Shown: positions 35,950-47,587 of the stretch, piece by piece
Position numbering within the stretch: position 1 is the first letter of the stretch
Layout: every line of letters starts with the position of its first letter
NCBI GenBank assembly: GCA_040954595.2
Contig: JBECUI020000047.1
Span: 1-64,000, forward strand
Reading direction: 5' to 3'
DNA: 64,000 bases
From: Balanoglossus misakiensis
Lineage: Eukaryota > Animalia > Hemichordata
Notes under the pieces: generated by a model
The model's input: the letters and a program-made list of their open reading frames with translations, nothing else
Told to the model about the DNA's origin: nothing
The model's database searches: none
Position numbers and translations under genes: made by a program

Positions 35950-36352
35950 GACTATAGTTTTACCCCCTCCACAGCCCCCCCATTGTGGTATCAATAACTC
36001 CTGCGCAATCTATCTGATTTGATAGAAACTTTGCCCTTTGAGCATTATCTTTTTAAGGCTCTTGGGCTGATAGGGGACTCTGTCTCGGGTTACAAAGATG
36101 TGGCTGCTCTGCTTGCTTATAGCCAAAGCAGCCAAACGGGCAGCTATGCCACCGGGAGTTGGGTAGTTTACAAGGTACCATAACCAACAGCTACCGCTAC
36201 GACAAGCAGACCCCCCCTGACAACATCACCCCCAAGACCTCTGGCAGCGCCGTAGTTCTGAAGCAACTCACCCCCAACCCGGTACAACCTCTACCGAAAC
36301 TGGCAATCCAGGCTGGACCTCCGATAACTGGATCATCGCTGGCCAGGTAAAT

Positions 36353-36570
36353 GCCCCCCCGGCCAGCCCGACATCAATAACCTCCCCCTAGCAAGCCCCC
36401 CAGGCCCCCCACTCCTGGCAGCCCCCCAAGGCCTCCACTCTCCTGGCAAGCCCCCCACTCCCGGCAGTCCCCCCCCCAAGGCCCCCCACTTCTGGCGGGC
36501 CCTGGGAGGCTTCCGCAAAAAGATAAATATGTCCCACCTCACCCTCACAGACTGCCCCCCCCACTCCAAA
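36353..36570. repeat. C-rich repeat block (short version)
   Basis: CCCCACTCCTGGC units and one AAAAAGATAAATATGTCCCACCTCACC unit. Confidence 0.75.
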
Positions 36571-36690
36571 CCAATAAAACAGAAAATAATCTTAAAAAAC
36601 TTGGTTATTCCTCTAAAACGTAATAAGCTTTTATACCGTAGTGTCTTTATAGCTGCTTAATCAAAAAGTCTTGTACTTATAAGAAAAGAC

Positions 36691-36748
36691 TTGACAAAAA
36701 GTGTCACTACGAATAGGATAGACCAAACAAAACCAAATTTTTAAGGAG
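36691..36748 (+). promoter_or_regulatory. sigma70-type promoter plus RBS
   Basis: TTGACA 36691-36696, 17 bp, TAGGAT 36714-36719. Confidence 0.7.
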
Positions 36749-36757
36749 ATCCAGCAT

Positions 36758-39387
36758 ATGAATTCATTTATCAACTCACTCACTCACTCACTCACTCACT
36801 CACTCACTCACTCACTCACGCGTTAGGACATCATAGGAATACCCTAGCTGAAGCTAAAAAACCTCTTCTTTTTCCCCTCGCCTTTCTTCTTGTTGTATTT
36901 GCCTTGTTATTTTCTTGTGGTGGTTCTGGTACCACGGCCGCTCCACAGGAAGAGGCACCACCAGCCATTGATGTCCAGACAATCGCCAAGGATGAAACCG
37001 AGCAAGGACTCGGTTCTCTGAAGCTCACCTGGGTTGCTGTCCAAGGAAAGAATGCCGAGGGAAACTTGATTGATAGTACCTACATGGTAGAGTATCGCCT
37101 TTCTACAGAGAGCAATTGGACAAAGTTGGAAGCCGTAGCTCAGCCCACCCTTACCCTCACTGGCCTGGAGGCAGGGGGAGTACTACATTCGCATACAAGC
37201 CATCAGCACCTTTGACGCCAACATGGTCAGTGACTGGACAGAGGCAGGGCCATTTGCTGCAAATGGAATTAGGCCCTTAGAAATCCATGATACTAGTGGA
37301 GCCATCAGCGAACTGACTCTTGCAATCGGAGAGACCCGGACGCTGAGTGTCCCAGAAAGCTTCTGGGTCAACGTAGAGGATACCTCAGTAAGCTGGGTAA
37401 GTAGTGATAACACCACTGTAGAAGTAACAGATGGCATGGTTGAGGCAATAACAGAGGGAAGTGCCGAAATAACGGCAACATCAGGAGCAGACCCGACCAA
37501 TGCGGCATCGATAACGGTGAATGTTCCAAGTTTAAGCAATGTGGTTCTGTATGATGAGGATAGCCTTACTATTCCCTATGGAGAAGCGATCCCCTTATCC
37601 TCACACCGAGTGATCTACTCTTACCAGGATTGTCTTTAACCTACACAAGTTCGGGCACTGTCTCGGGCATTACCGTGGGAACCGATGGAACCATAACTAT
37701 TGATAACACAACATTAGTAGGCACGTATACCCTGGACATAACAGCAAGTGCGGATGGCTACACGAATACGGCAAGCCATCAGATAGCCATAACGATCAGT
37801 CAGAGGGCAACAGAAGAGTATATGGTCTATGCAGAAGGAGATTTTATCAGAGGAGAGGCATATGCACCAGCTACAGCTGCCCCACAGGGAGCTGGAGTGA
37901 GTTATGCCATGAATCCAACTCCGACTGGATGGAGCATTGACGCAACAAGTGGGACAATCTCTATAGCTTCAGATGCACCAGCTGGGGTAGAACAAACAGT
38001 TACTGTAACGGCAAGTCCAATCAATACTAACTATGCCGCTGGCAGTGTAGAATTGACTAAGTCTGTTGTCGACCCGTTTAGTGCTGGTCCCGACTCGTCG
38101 TTCTTTATAACACGATGGGAAACAACAGATGTAAATCAAACAGTGGAGATTCCCGTGGGAGGCAGTACAGCAATCTATGATATAGACTGGGGTGATGGAA
38201 CGGTAGAAACACTTTCTGCCACAGCACGCCATACCTATGCAGAAGCAGGAGAATACACAGTTACAATAAGTAATAGTTTCCAGCAGATACGGCTGCTAGA
38301 TACAACAGCAGAAATAGCAGCACGCCTTAAGTCTATTGATCAGTGGGGCACAGCACAATGGATTAGTATGGGGGGGGCCTTTGCCAATGCCGGCAACATG
38401 ACGATGGCAGCAACCGACATTCCTGATCTCTCAGGAGTAGCCGATATGAGTTACATGTTTGCCTTGTACAGTGGTGGGGTAAGTGCCTTCAATGGAGATA
38501 TCGATAGCTGGGACACGTCAAATGTAACTAATATGGCTCAGATGTTCTATGGGGCAACTAACTTTAATCGGGACTTAAACAACTGGGACACCTCCAAGGT
38601 AACGACTATGGCTAGCATGTTCTCTGGGGCAGCTAACTTTAATCGGGACTTAAACAACTGGGACACCTCCAAGGTAACGACTATGGCTAGCATGTTTTTC
38701 GGCGCAACCGCCTTCAATGGAGATATCAGTGGCTGGGACACGTCAAATGTAACCGATATGGCAGGTATGTTCCAGAGAGCAGGCTTCTTTAATGCAGATA
38801 TCCGTAACTGGAAGGTTGGCGAGGTAACAGATATGAGAGATATGTTCCAATCTGCAGTTGCTTTTAATAGGGATATCGGTGACTGGGATACGTCAAGTGT
38901 AACAACTATGGGAGGTATGTTCCATACCGCAGGTGTTTTTAATAGGGATATCGGTCGCTGGAATACGTCAAGTGTAACAGATATGAGAGATATGTTCCAT
39001 CACGCATGGGCCTTTAATGCAGATATCAGTAACTGGAACGTTGGCAAGGTAACCAATATGACTGACATGTTCTTTGAAGCAATCAGATTCGCTCAAGACC
39101 TTGGCCCATGGTATATTACCTTACCGCAGACCACCATCTCGGTAGACACGCAATTAACCATTGCAGCAAAGAATAACGTCCTTGCAGGACAGCTGGAAAA
39201 TCCACAGTACAGTCTGCCGACCGATGCCACGATCGACAACGATAAGTTCAGCATTACCGACGGAACGACCTTGAAAGTCAATAATGGTATTAATCCCGGC
39301 AACTATACTATAAGCATACAAACAACAAGTGCCGATTTTAGCACACCACAGAGTCCGATTGTGCAGTTTATGATAACGGTACAGTAG
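36758..39387 (+). CDS. SSR-class phase-variable lipoprotein I (9 DUF285 repeats)
   Basis: ORFs 36904-37215, 37223-37639 and 37630-39387; homopolymer indels at ~37175 (G5) and ~37585. Confidence 0.8.
36774..36817 (+). repeat. (ACTC)11 SSR, OFF
   Basis: 44 nt after ATG 36758. Confidence 0.95.
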
Positions 39388-39396
39388 CCATTTCCG

Positions 39397-39432
39397 AACA
39401 ACAGCGGTGCCTTAGAGTTCCGCTGTTGTTTT
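39397..39432 (+). terminator. Terminator hairpin variant
   Basis: Same conserved hairpin after the stop codon. Confidence 0.65.
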
Positions 39433-39845
39433 GACTATAGTTTTACCCCCTCCACAGCCCCCCCATTGTGGTATCAATAACTCCTGCGTAATCTATCTGA
39501 TTTGATTGAAACTTTCCCTTTGGCATTATCTTTTTAAGGCTCTTGGGCTGATAGGGGACTCTGTCTCGGGTTACAAAGATGTGGCCGCTCTGCTTGCCTA
39601 TAGCCAAAGCAGCCAAACGGATAGCTATACCACCGGGATTGTCTCTGGGGGGGGAGTAGTTTACAAGGTACCATAACCAACAGCTACCGCTACGACAAGC
39701 AGACCCCCCCCTGACAACACTCCCCCCAAGACCTCTGGCAGCGCCGTAATTCTGAAGCAACTAAACCCCAACCCGGTACACCTCCACCGAAACTGGCAAT
39801 CCAGGCTGGACCGCCGATAACTGGATCATCGCTGGCCAGGTAAAT

Positions 39846-40170
39846 GCCCCCCCGGCCAGCCCGACATCAATAACCTCCCCCTGGCAAGCCCCCAAGGCTC
39901 CCACTCTTGGCAGCCCCCCCCACTCCTGGCAGCCCCCCCCAAGGCTCCCCATTCCTGGCAAGCCCCCCACTCCCGGCAGCCCCCCACTCCTGGCGGGCCC
40001 TGGGAGGCTTCCCGAAAAAGATAAATATGTCCCACCTCACCCCCCCCAGACTGGCCCCCCCCCACTCCCGCAGCCCCCAAGGCCCCCACTCCTGGCGGGC
40101 CTTGGGGGCTGCCGCAAAAAGATCAATATGTCCCACCTCACCCCCCCAGACCGGACCACCCCCACTCCAA
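39846..40170. repeat. C-rich repeat block
   Basis: Multiple CCCCACTCC(T/C)GGC units and two AAAAAGAT.AATATGTCCCACCTCACC units. Confidence 0.8.
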
Positions 40171-40291
40171 ACCAATAAAACAGAAAATAATCTTAAAAAA
40201 CTTGGTTATTCCTTTAAAACGTAATAAGCTTTTATACCGTAGTGTCCTTATAGCTGCTTAATCAAAAAATCTTCTACTTATAAGAAAAGAC

Positions 40292-40349
40292 TTGACAAAA
40301 AGTGTCACTACGAATAGGATAGACCAAACAAAACCAAATTTTTAAGGAG
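40292..40349 (+). promoter_or_regulatory. sigma70-type promoter plus RBS
   Basis: TTGACA 40292-40297, 17 bp, TAGGAT 40315-40320. Confidence 0.7.
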
Positions 40350-40358
40350 ATCCAGTCT

Positions 40359-42991
40359 ATGAATTCATTTATCAACTCACTCACTCACTCACTCACTCAC
40401 TCACTCACTCACTCACTCACTCACTCACTCACGCGTTAGGACATCATAGGAATACCCTAGCTAAAGCTAAAAAACCTCTTCTCTTTCCCCTTACCTTTCT
40501 TCTTGTTGTATTTGCGTTGTTATTTTCTTGTGATGGCACGGCCGCTCCAAAGGAAGAGGCACCACCAGCCATTGATGTCCAAACAATCGCCAAGGATGAA
40601 ACCGAGAAAGAAATCGGTTCTCTGAAGCTCACCTGGGTTGCTGTCCAGGGAAAGAATGCCGAGGGAAACTTGGTTGATAGTACCTACATGGTAGAGTATC
40701 GCCTTTCTACAGAGAGCAATTGGACAAAGTTGGAAGCCGTAGATCAGCCCACCCTTACACTCACTGGCCTGGAGGCAGGAATGGAGTATTCTATTCGCAT
40801 ACAAGCCATCAGCACCTTTGACGCCAACATGGTCAGTGACTGGACAGAGGCAGGGCCATTTGCGGCAAATGGAATTAGGCCCTTAGAAATCCATGATACT
40901 AGTGGAGCCATCAGCGAACTGACTCTTGCAATCGGAGAGACCCGGACGCTGAGTGTCCCGGGAAGCCTCTGGGTCAACGTAGAGGATACCTCAGTAAGCT
41001 GGGCAAGTAGTGATAACACCACTGTAGAAGTAACAGATGGCATGGTTGAGGCAATAACAGAGGGAAGTGCCGAAATAACGGCAACATCAGGAGCAGACCC
41101 GACCAATGCGGCATCAATAACGGTGAATGTTCCAAGCTTAAGTGATGTGGTTCTGTATGATGAGGATAGCCTTACTATTCCCTATGGAGAAAGCGATCCC
41201 CTTATCCTCACACCGAGTGATCTACTCTTACCAGGATTGTCTTTAACCTACACAAGTTCGGGCACTGTCTCGGGCATTACCGTGGGAACCGATGGAACCA
41301 TAACTATTGATAACACAACATTAGTAGGCACGTATACCCTGGACATAACAGCAAGTGCGGATGGCTACACGAATACGGCAAGCCATCAGATAGCCATAAC
41401 GATCAGTCAGAGGGCAACAGAAGAGTATATGGTCTATGCAGAAGGAGATTTTATCAGAGGAAAGGCATATGCACCAGCTACAGCTGCCCCACAGGGAGCT
41501 GGAGTGAGTTATGCCATGAATCCAACTCCGACTGGATGGAGCATTGACGCAACAAGTGGGACAATCTCTATAGCTTCAGATGCACCAGCTGGGGTAGAAC
41601 AAACAGTTACTGTAACGGCAAGTCCAATCAATACGAACTATGCCTCTGGCAGTGTAGAATTGACTAAGTCTGTTGTCGACCCGTTTAGTGCTGGTCCCGA
41701 CTCGTCGTTCTTTATAACACGATGGGAAACAACAGATGTAAATCAAACAGTGGAGATTCCCGTGGGAGGCAGTACAGCAATCTATGATATAGACTGGGGC
41801 GATGGAACGGCAGAAAGACTTTCCGGCACAGCAAGCCATGTCTATACAGCTGCGGGCGAATATACGGTCAGGATAACCGATAGTTTCCAGCGGATACGGT
41901 TGCTAGATACAACAGTAGAAATAGCAGCACGCCTTAAGTCCATTGATCAGTGGGGCACAGCACAATGGATTAGTATGGGGGGGGCATTTGCCAATGCCAG
42001 CAACATGACGATGGCAGCAACCGACATTCCTGATCTCTCAGGAGTAGCCGATATGAGTGCCATGTTTGCCTCGTACAGTGGGGCAAGTGCCTTCAATGGA
42101 GATATCGATAGCTGGGACACGTCAAATGTAACTAATATGATTGACATGTTCTATGGGGCAGCTAACTTTAATCGGGACTTAAACAACTGGGAGACCTCCA
42201 AGGTAACGACTATGGCTCGCATGTTTTCCGGAGCAAGCGCCTTCAATGGGAATATCAAAGACTGGAATACGTTAAGTGTAACGAATATGGCTTACATGTT
42301 TAACTATGCAGTCAATTTCAATGGAGATATCAGTGGCTGGGACACGTCAAATGTAACCGATATGGCAGGTATGTTCCAGCGAGCAGGCTCCTTTAATGCA
42401 GATATCAGTAACTGGAAGGTTGGCGAGGTAACAGATATGAGAGAGATGTTCCAATCTGCAGTTGCTTTTAATAGGGATATCGGTGACTGGGATACGTCAA
42501 GTGTAACAAATATGAGAAATATGTTCCGTTCCGCAGGTGTTTTTAATAGGGATATCGGTCGCTGGAATACGTCAAGTGTAACAGATATGAGAGATATGTT
42601 CCATCACGCAGGTAGCTTTAATGCAGATATCAGTAACTGGAACATCACCAAGGTAACCAAGATGACTGACATGTTCGTTGAGGCAAGGAGATTCGCTCAA
42701 AACCTTGGACCATGGTATATTACCTTACCGCAGACCACCATCTCGATAGACACGCCATTAACCATTGCAGCACAGAATAGCATCCTTGCAGGACAGCTGG
42801 AAAATCCGCAGTACAGTCTTCCGACCGATGCCACGCTCGACAACGATAAGTTCAGCATTACCGACGGAACGACCTTGAAAGTCAATAATGGTACTGATCC
42901 CGGCAACTATACTATAAGCATACAAACAACAAGTGCCGATTTTAGTACACCACTCGACCCAATTGTGCAGTTTATGATAACGGTACAGTAG
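40359..42991 (+). CDS. SSR-class phase-variable lipoprotein J (9 DUF285 repeats); intact apart from SSR phase
   Basis: Single ORF 40517..42991 downstream of the SSR; signal peptide ...[12 protein letters not shown] in the same frame. Confidence 0.9.
40375..40430 (+). repeat. (ACTC)14 SSR, OFF
   Basis: 56 nt after ATG 40359. Confidence 0.95.
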
Positions 42992-43000
42992 CCATTTCCG

Positions 43001-43036
43001 AACAACAGCGGGGCTTTAGTGCTCCGCTGTTTTTTT
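43001..43036 (+). terminator. Intrinsic terminator
   Basis: AACAGCGGGGC-TTTAGT-GCTCCGCTG followed by a T run. Confidence 0.8.
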
Positions 43037-43450
43037 GACTATAGTTTTACCCCCTCCACAGCCCCCCCATTGTGGTATCAATAACTCCTGCGTAATCTAT
43101 CTGATTTGATTGAAACTTTCCCTTTGGCATTATCTTTTTAAGGCTCTTGGGCTGATAGGGGACTCTGTCTCGGGTTACAAAGATGTGGCCGCTCTGCTTG
43201 CCTATAGCCAAAGCAGCCAAACGGACAGCTATACCACCGGGATTGTCTCTGGGGGGGGAGTAGTTTACAAGGTACCATAACCAACAGCTACCGCTACGAC
43301 AAGCAGTTCATCCCCTGACAACATCACCCCCAAGACCTCTGGCAGCGCCGTAATTCTGAAGCAATTAAAACCCAACCCGGTACAACCTCTACCGAAACTG
43401 GCAATCCAGGCTGGACCTCCGATAACTGGATCATCGCTGGCCCGGTAAAC

Positions 43451-43670
43451 GCCCCCCCGGCCAGCCCGACATCAATAACCTCCCCCTAGCAAGCCCCCCA
43501 GGCCCCCCACTCCTGGCAGCCCCCCAAGGCCTCCACTCTCCTGGCAAGCCCCCCACTCCCGGCAGTCCCCCCCCCAAGGCCCCCCACTTCTGGCGGGCCT
43601 TGGGGGGCTTCCGCAAAAAGATCAATATGTCCCACCTCACCCCCCCCCAGACCGGCCCCCCCCACTCCAA
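43451..43670. repeat. C-rich repeat block (short version, like 36353..36570)
   Basis: Same unit order as the block before gene I. Confidence 0.75.
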
Positions 43671-43792
43671 ACCAATAAAACAGAAAATAATCTTAAAAAA
43701 AATCGGTTATTCCTCTAAAACGTAATAAGCTTTTATACAGTAGTGTCCTTATAGCTTCTTAATCAAAAAGTCTTGTACTTATAAGAAAAGAC

Positions 43793-43851
43793 TTGACAAA
43801 AAAGTGTCACTACGAATAGGATAGACCAAACAAAACCAAATTTTTAAGGAG
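43793..43851 (+). promoter_or_regulatory. sigma70-type promoter (18-bp spacer, A6 run) plus RBS
   Basis: TTGACA 43793-43798, TAGGAT 43817-43822. Confidence 0.65.
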
Positions 43852-43860
43852 ATCCAGCCT

Positions 43861-46471
43861 ATGAATTCATTTATCAACTCACTCACTCACTCACTCACTC
43901 ACTCACTCACTCACTCACTCACTCACTCACGCGTTAGGACATCATAGGAATACCCTAGCTGAAGCTAAAAAACCTCTTCTTTTCCCCCTTGCCTTTCTTC
44001 TTGTTGTATTTGCCTTGTTATTTTCTTGTGATGGTTCTGGTACCACGGCCGCTCCACAGGAAGAGGCACCACCAGCCATTGATGTCCAGACAATCGCCAA
44101 GGATGAAACCGAGAAAGAAATCGGTTCTCTGAAGCTCACCTGGGTTGCTGTCCAGGGAAAGAATGCCGAGGGAAACTTGGTTGATAGTACCTACATGGTA
44201 GAGTATCGCCTTTCTACAGAGAGCAATTGGACAAAGTTGGAAGCCGTAGAGGTGCCCAGCATTACCCTCACTGGCCTGGAGGCAGGGGAGTACTACATTC
44301 GCATACAAGCCATCAGCACCTTTGACGCCAACATGGTCAGTGACTGGACAGAAGCAGGACCATTTGCTGCAAATGGAATTAGGCCCTTAGAAATCCATGA
44401 TACTAGTGGAGCCATCAGCGAACTGACTCTTGCAATCGGAGAGACCCGGACGCTGAGTGTCCCAGAAAGCCTCTGGGTCAACGTAGAGGATACCTCCGTA
44501 AGCTGGGTAAGTAGTGATAACACCATTGTAGAAGTAACAGATGGCATGGTTGAGGCAATAACAGAGGGAAGTGCCACAATAACGGCAACATCAGGAGCAG
44601 ACCCGACCAATGCGGCATCGATAACGGTGAATGTTCCAAGTTTAAGCAATGTGGTTCTGTATGATGAGGATAGCCTTACTATTCCCTATGGAGAAAGCGG
44701 TTCGCTTCTTCCTGCACCGAGTCATCTACCATCAGCAGGATTGTCGTTAACCTACACAAGTTCGGGCACTGTCTCGGGCCTTACCGTGGGAACCGATGGA
44801 ACCATAACTATTGATAACACGACCCCAGCAGGAAGCTATACCCTGCACATAACAGCAAGTGCGGATGGCTACACGAGTACGGCAAGGCATGAGATAGCCA
44901 TAACGGTCAGTCAGAAGGCAACAGAAGAGTATCTGGTCTATGCGGAAGGAGATTTTACCAGAGGAGTAAGCTATGCACCAGCTACAGCTGCCCCACAGGG
45001 AGCTGGATTGGGTTATGCCATGAATCCAACTCCGACTGGATGGAGCATTGACGCAACAAGTGGGACAATCTCTATAGCTTCAGATGCACCAGCTGGGGTA
45101 GAACAAACGGTTACTGTAACGGCAAGTCCCATCAATACTAACTATGCCTCTGGCAGTGTTGAGTTGACTAAGTCTGTTGTCGTCTCGACGTCCTTTATAA
45201 CACGATGGGAAACAACAGATGTAAATCAAACAGTGGTGATTCCCGTGGGAGGCAGTACAGCAAGCTATGATATAGACTGGGGTGATGGAACGGTAGAAAC
45301 ACTTTCTGCCACAGCAAGTCATGTCTATGCAGAAGCAGGAGAATACACAGTTACAATAAGTAATAGTTTCCAGCAGATACGGCTGCTAGATACAACAGCA
45401 GAAATAGCAGCACGCCTTAAGTCTATTGATCAGTGGGGCACAGCACAATGGATTAGTATGGGGGGGGCATTTGCCAATGCCATCAACATGACGATGGCAG
45501 CAACCGACATTCCTGATCTCTCAGGAGTAGCCGATATGAGTTACATGTTTTACTCGGGAGGGGTAAGTGCCTTCAATGGAGATATCGATAGCTGGGACAC
45601 GTCAAAAGTAACTAATATGGCTTACATGTTCTCTGGAGCAGTTAACTTTAATCGGGACTTAAACAACTGGGAGACCTCCAAGGTAACGACTATGGCTCGC
45701 ATGTTTTCCGGAGCAAGCGCCTTCAATGGGAATATCAAAGACTGGAATACGTTAAGTGTAACGAATATGGCTTACATGTTTAACTATGCAGTCAATTTCA
45801 ATGGAGATATCAGTGGCTGGGACACGTCAAATGTAACCGATATGGCAGGTATGTTCCAGCGAGCAGGCTCCTTTAATGCAGATATCAGTAACTGGAAGGT
45901 TGGCGAGGTAACAGATATGAGAGAGATGTTCCAATCTGCAGTTGCTTTTAATAGGGATATCGGTGACTGGGATACGTCAAGTGTAACAAATATGAGAAAT
46001 ATGTTCCGTTCCGCAGGTGTTTTTAATAGGGATATCGGTCGCTGGGTTACGTCAAGTGTAACAGATATGGAAAATATGTTCCACAGGGCAAGTGCCTTTA
46101 ATGCAGATATCAGTAACTGGAATATCACCAAGGTAACCAATATGACTGACATGTTCGCTTATGCAATCAGATTCGCTCAAGACCTTGGCCCATGGTATAT
46201 TACCTTACCGCAGACCACCATCTCGGTAGACACGCCATTAACCATTGCAGCAAAGAATAACGTCCTTGCAGGACAGCTGGAAAATCCACAGTACAGTCTT
46301 CCGACCGATGCCACGACCGACAACGATAAGTTCAGCATTACCGACGGAACGACCTTGAAAGTCAATAATGGTACTGATCCCGGCGACTATACCATAAGCA
46401 TACAAACAACAAGTGCCGATTTTAGTACACCACAGGATCCAATTGTGCAGTTTATGATAACGGTACAGTAG
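43861..46471 (+). CDS. SSR-class phase-variable lipoprotein K (9 DUF285 repeats); intact apart from SSR phase
   Basis: Single ORF 44015..46471 downstream of the SSR. Confidence 0.9.
43877..43928 (+). repeat. (ACTC)13 SSR, OFF
   Basis: 52 nt after ATG 43861. Confidence 0.95.
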
Positions 46472-46480
46472 CCATTTCCG

Positions 46481-46516
46481 AACAACAGCGGTGCTTTAGT
46501 GTTCCGCTGTTGTTTT
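46481..46516 (+). terminator. Terminator hairpin variant
   Basis: Same conserved hairpin after the stop codon. Confidence 0.65.
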
Positions 46517-46931
46517 GACTATAGTTTTACCCCCTCCACAGCCCCCCCATTGTGGTATCAATAACTCCTGCGTAATCTATCTGATTTGATTGAAACTTGC
46601 CCCTTGAGTATTATCTTTTTAAGGCTCTTGGGCTGATAGGGGACTCTGTCTCGGGTTAGAAAGATGTGGCTGCTCTGCTTGCTTATAGCCAAAGCAGCCA
46701 AACGGGCAGCTATGCCACCGGGATTGTCTCTGGGGGGGGGAGTAGTTTACAAGGTACCATAACCAACAGCTACCGCTACGACAAGCAGACCCCCCCCTGA
46801 CAACACTCCCCCCAAGACCTCTGGCAGCGCCGTAATTCTGAAGCAACTAAAACCCAACCCGGTACACCTCCACCGAAACTGGCAATCCAGGCTGGACCGC
46901 CGATAACTGGATCATCGCTGGCCCGGTAAAC

Positions 46932-47400
46932 GCCCCCCCCGGCCAGCCCGACATCAATAACCTCCCTGGTAACCCCAAGGCTCCCCATTCCTGGCAGCCC
47001 CCCCCAGACCCCCCACTCCTGGCAGCCCCCCCCAAGGCCCCCCACTCCTGGCGGGCCCTGGGAGGCTTCCCGAAAAAGATAAATATGTCCCACCTCACCC
47101 CCACTCCCGGCAGCCCACCTTCAAGGCCCTCACTCCCGGCAGCCCCCAAGGCCCCCACTCCTGGCAGCCCCCCCCAAGGCCCCCCACTCCTGGCGGGCCC
47201 TGGGAGGCTTCCCGAAAAAGATAAATATGTCCCACCTCACCCCCACTCCCGGCAGCCCACCTTCAAGGCCCTCACTCCCGGCAGCCCCCAAGGCCCCCAC
47301 TCCCGGCAGCCCCCCACTTCTGGCGGGCCTTGGGGGCTGCCGCAAAAAGATCAATATGTCCCACCTCACCCCCCCAGACCGGACCACCCCCACTCCAAAC
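46932..47400. repeat. C-rich repeat block (longest, with ~140-bp internal tandem duplication)
   Basis: GGCGGGCCCTGGGAGGCTTCCCGAAAAAGATAAATATGTCCCACCTCACCCCCACTCCCGGCAGCCCACCTTCAAGG occurs at ~47050 and ~47192. Confidence 0.8.
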
Positions 47401-47520
47401 CAATAAAACAGAAAATAATCTTAAAAAAAATCGGTTATTCCTCTAAAACGTAATAAGCTTTTATAGCGTAGTGTCCTTATAGCTTCTTAATCAAAAAGTC
47501 TTGTACTTATAAGAAAAGAC

Positions 47521-47578
47521 TTGACAAAAAGTGTCACTACGAATAGGATAGACCAAACAAAACCAAATTTTTAAGGAG
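47521..47578 (+). promoter_or_regulatory. sigma70-type promoter plus RBS
   Basis: TTGACA 47521-47526, 17 bp, TAGGAT 47544-47549. Confidence 0.7.
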
Positions 47579-47587
47579 ATCCAGCAT

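Noticed and set aside
40517-40535. TTG start giving MLFSC... as the real N-terminus
   Set aside because: It would leave no signal peptide before the lipobox Cys and has no RBS. The in-frame gene M leader shows the true start is the upstream ATG after AAGGAG.
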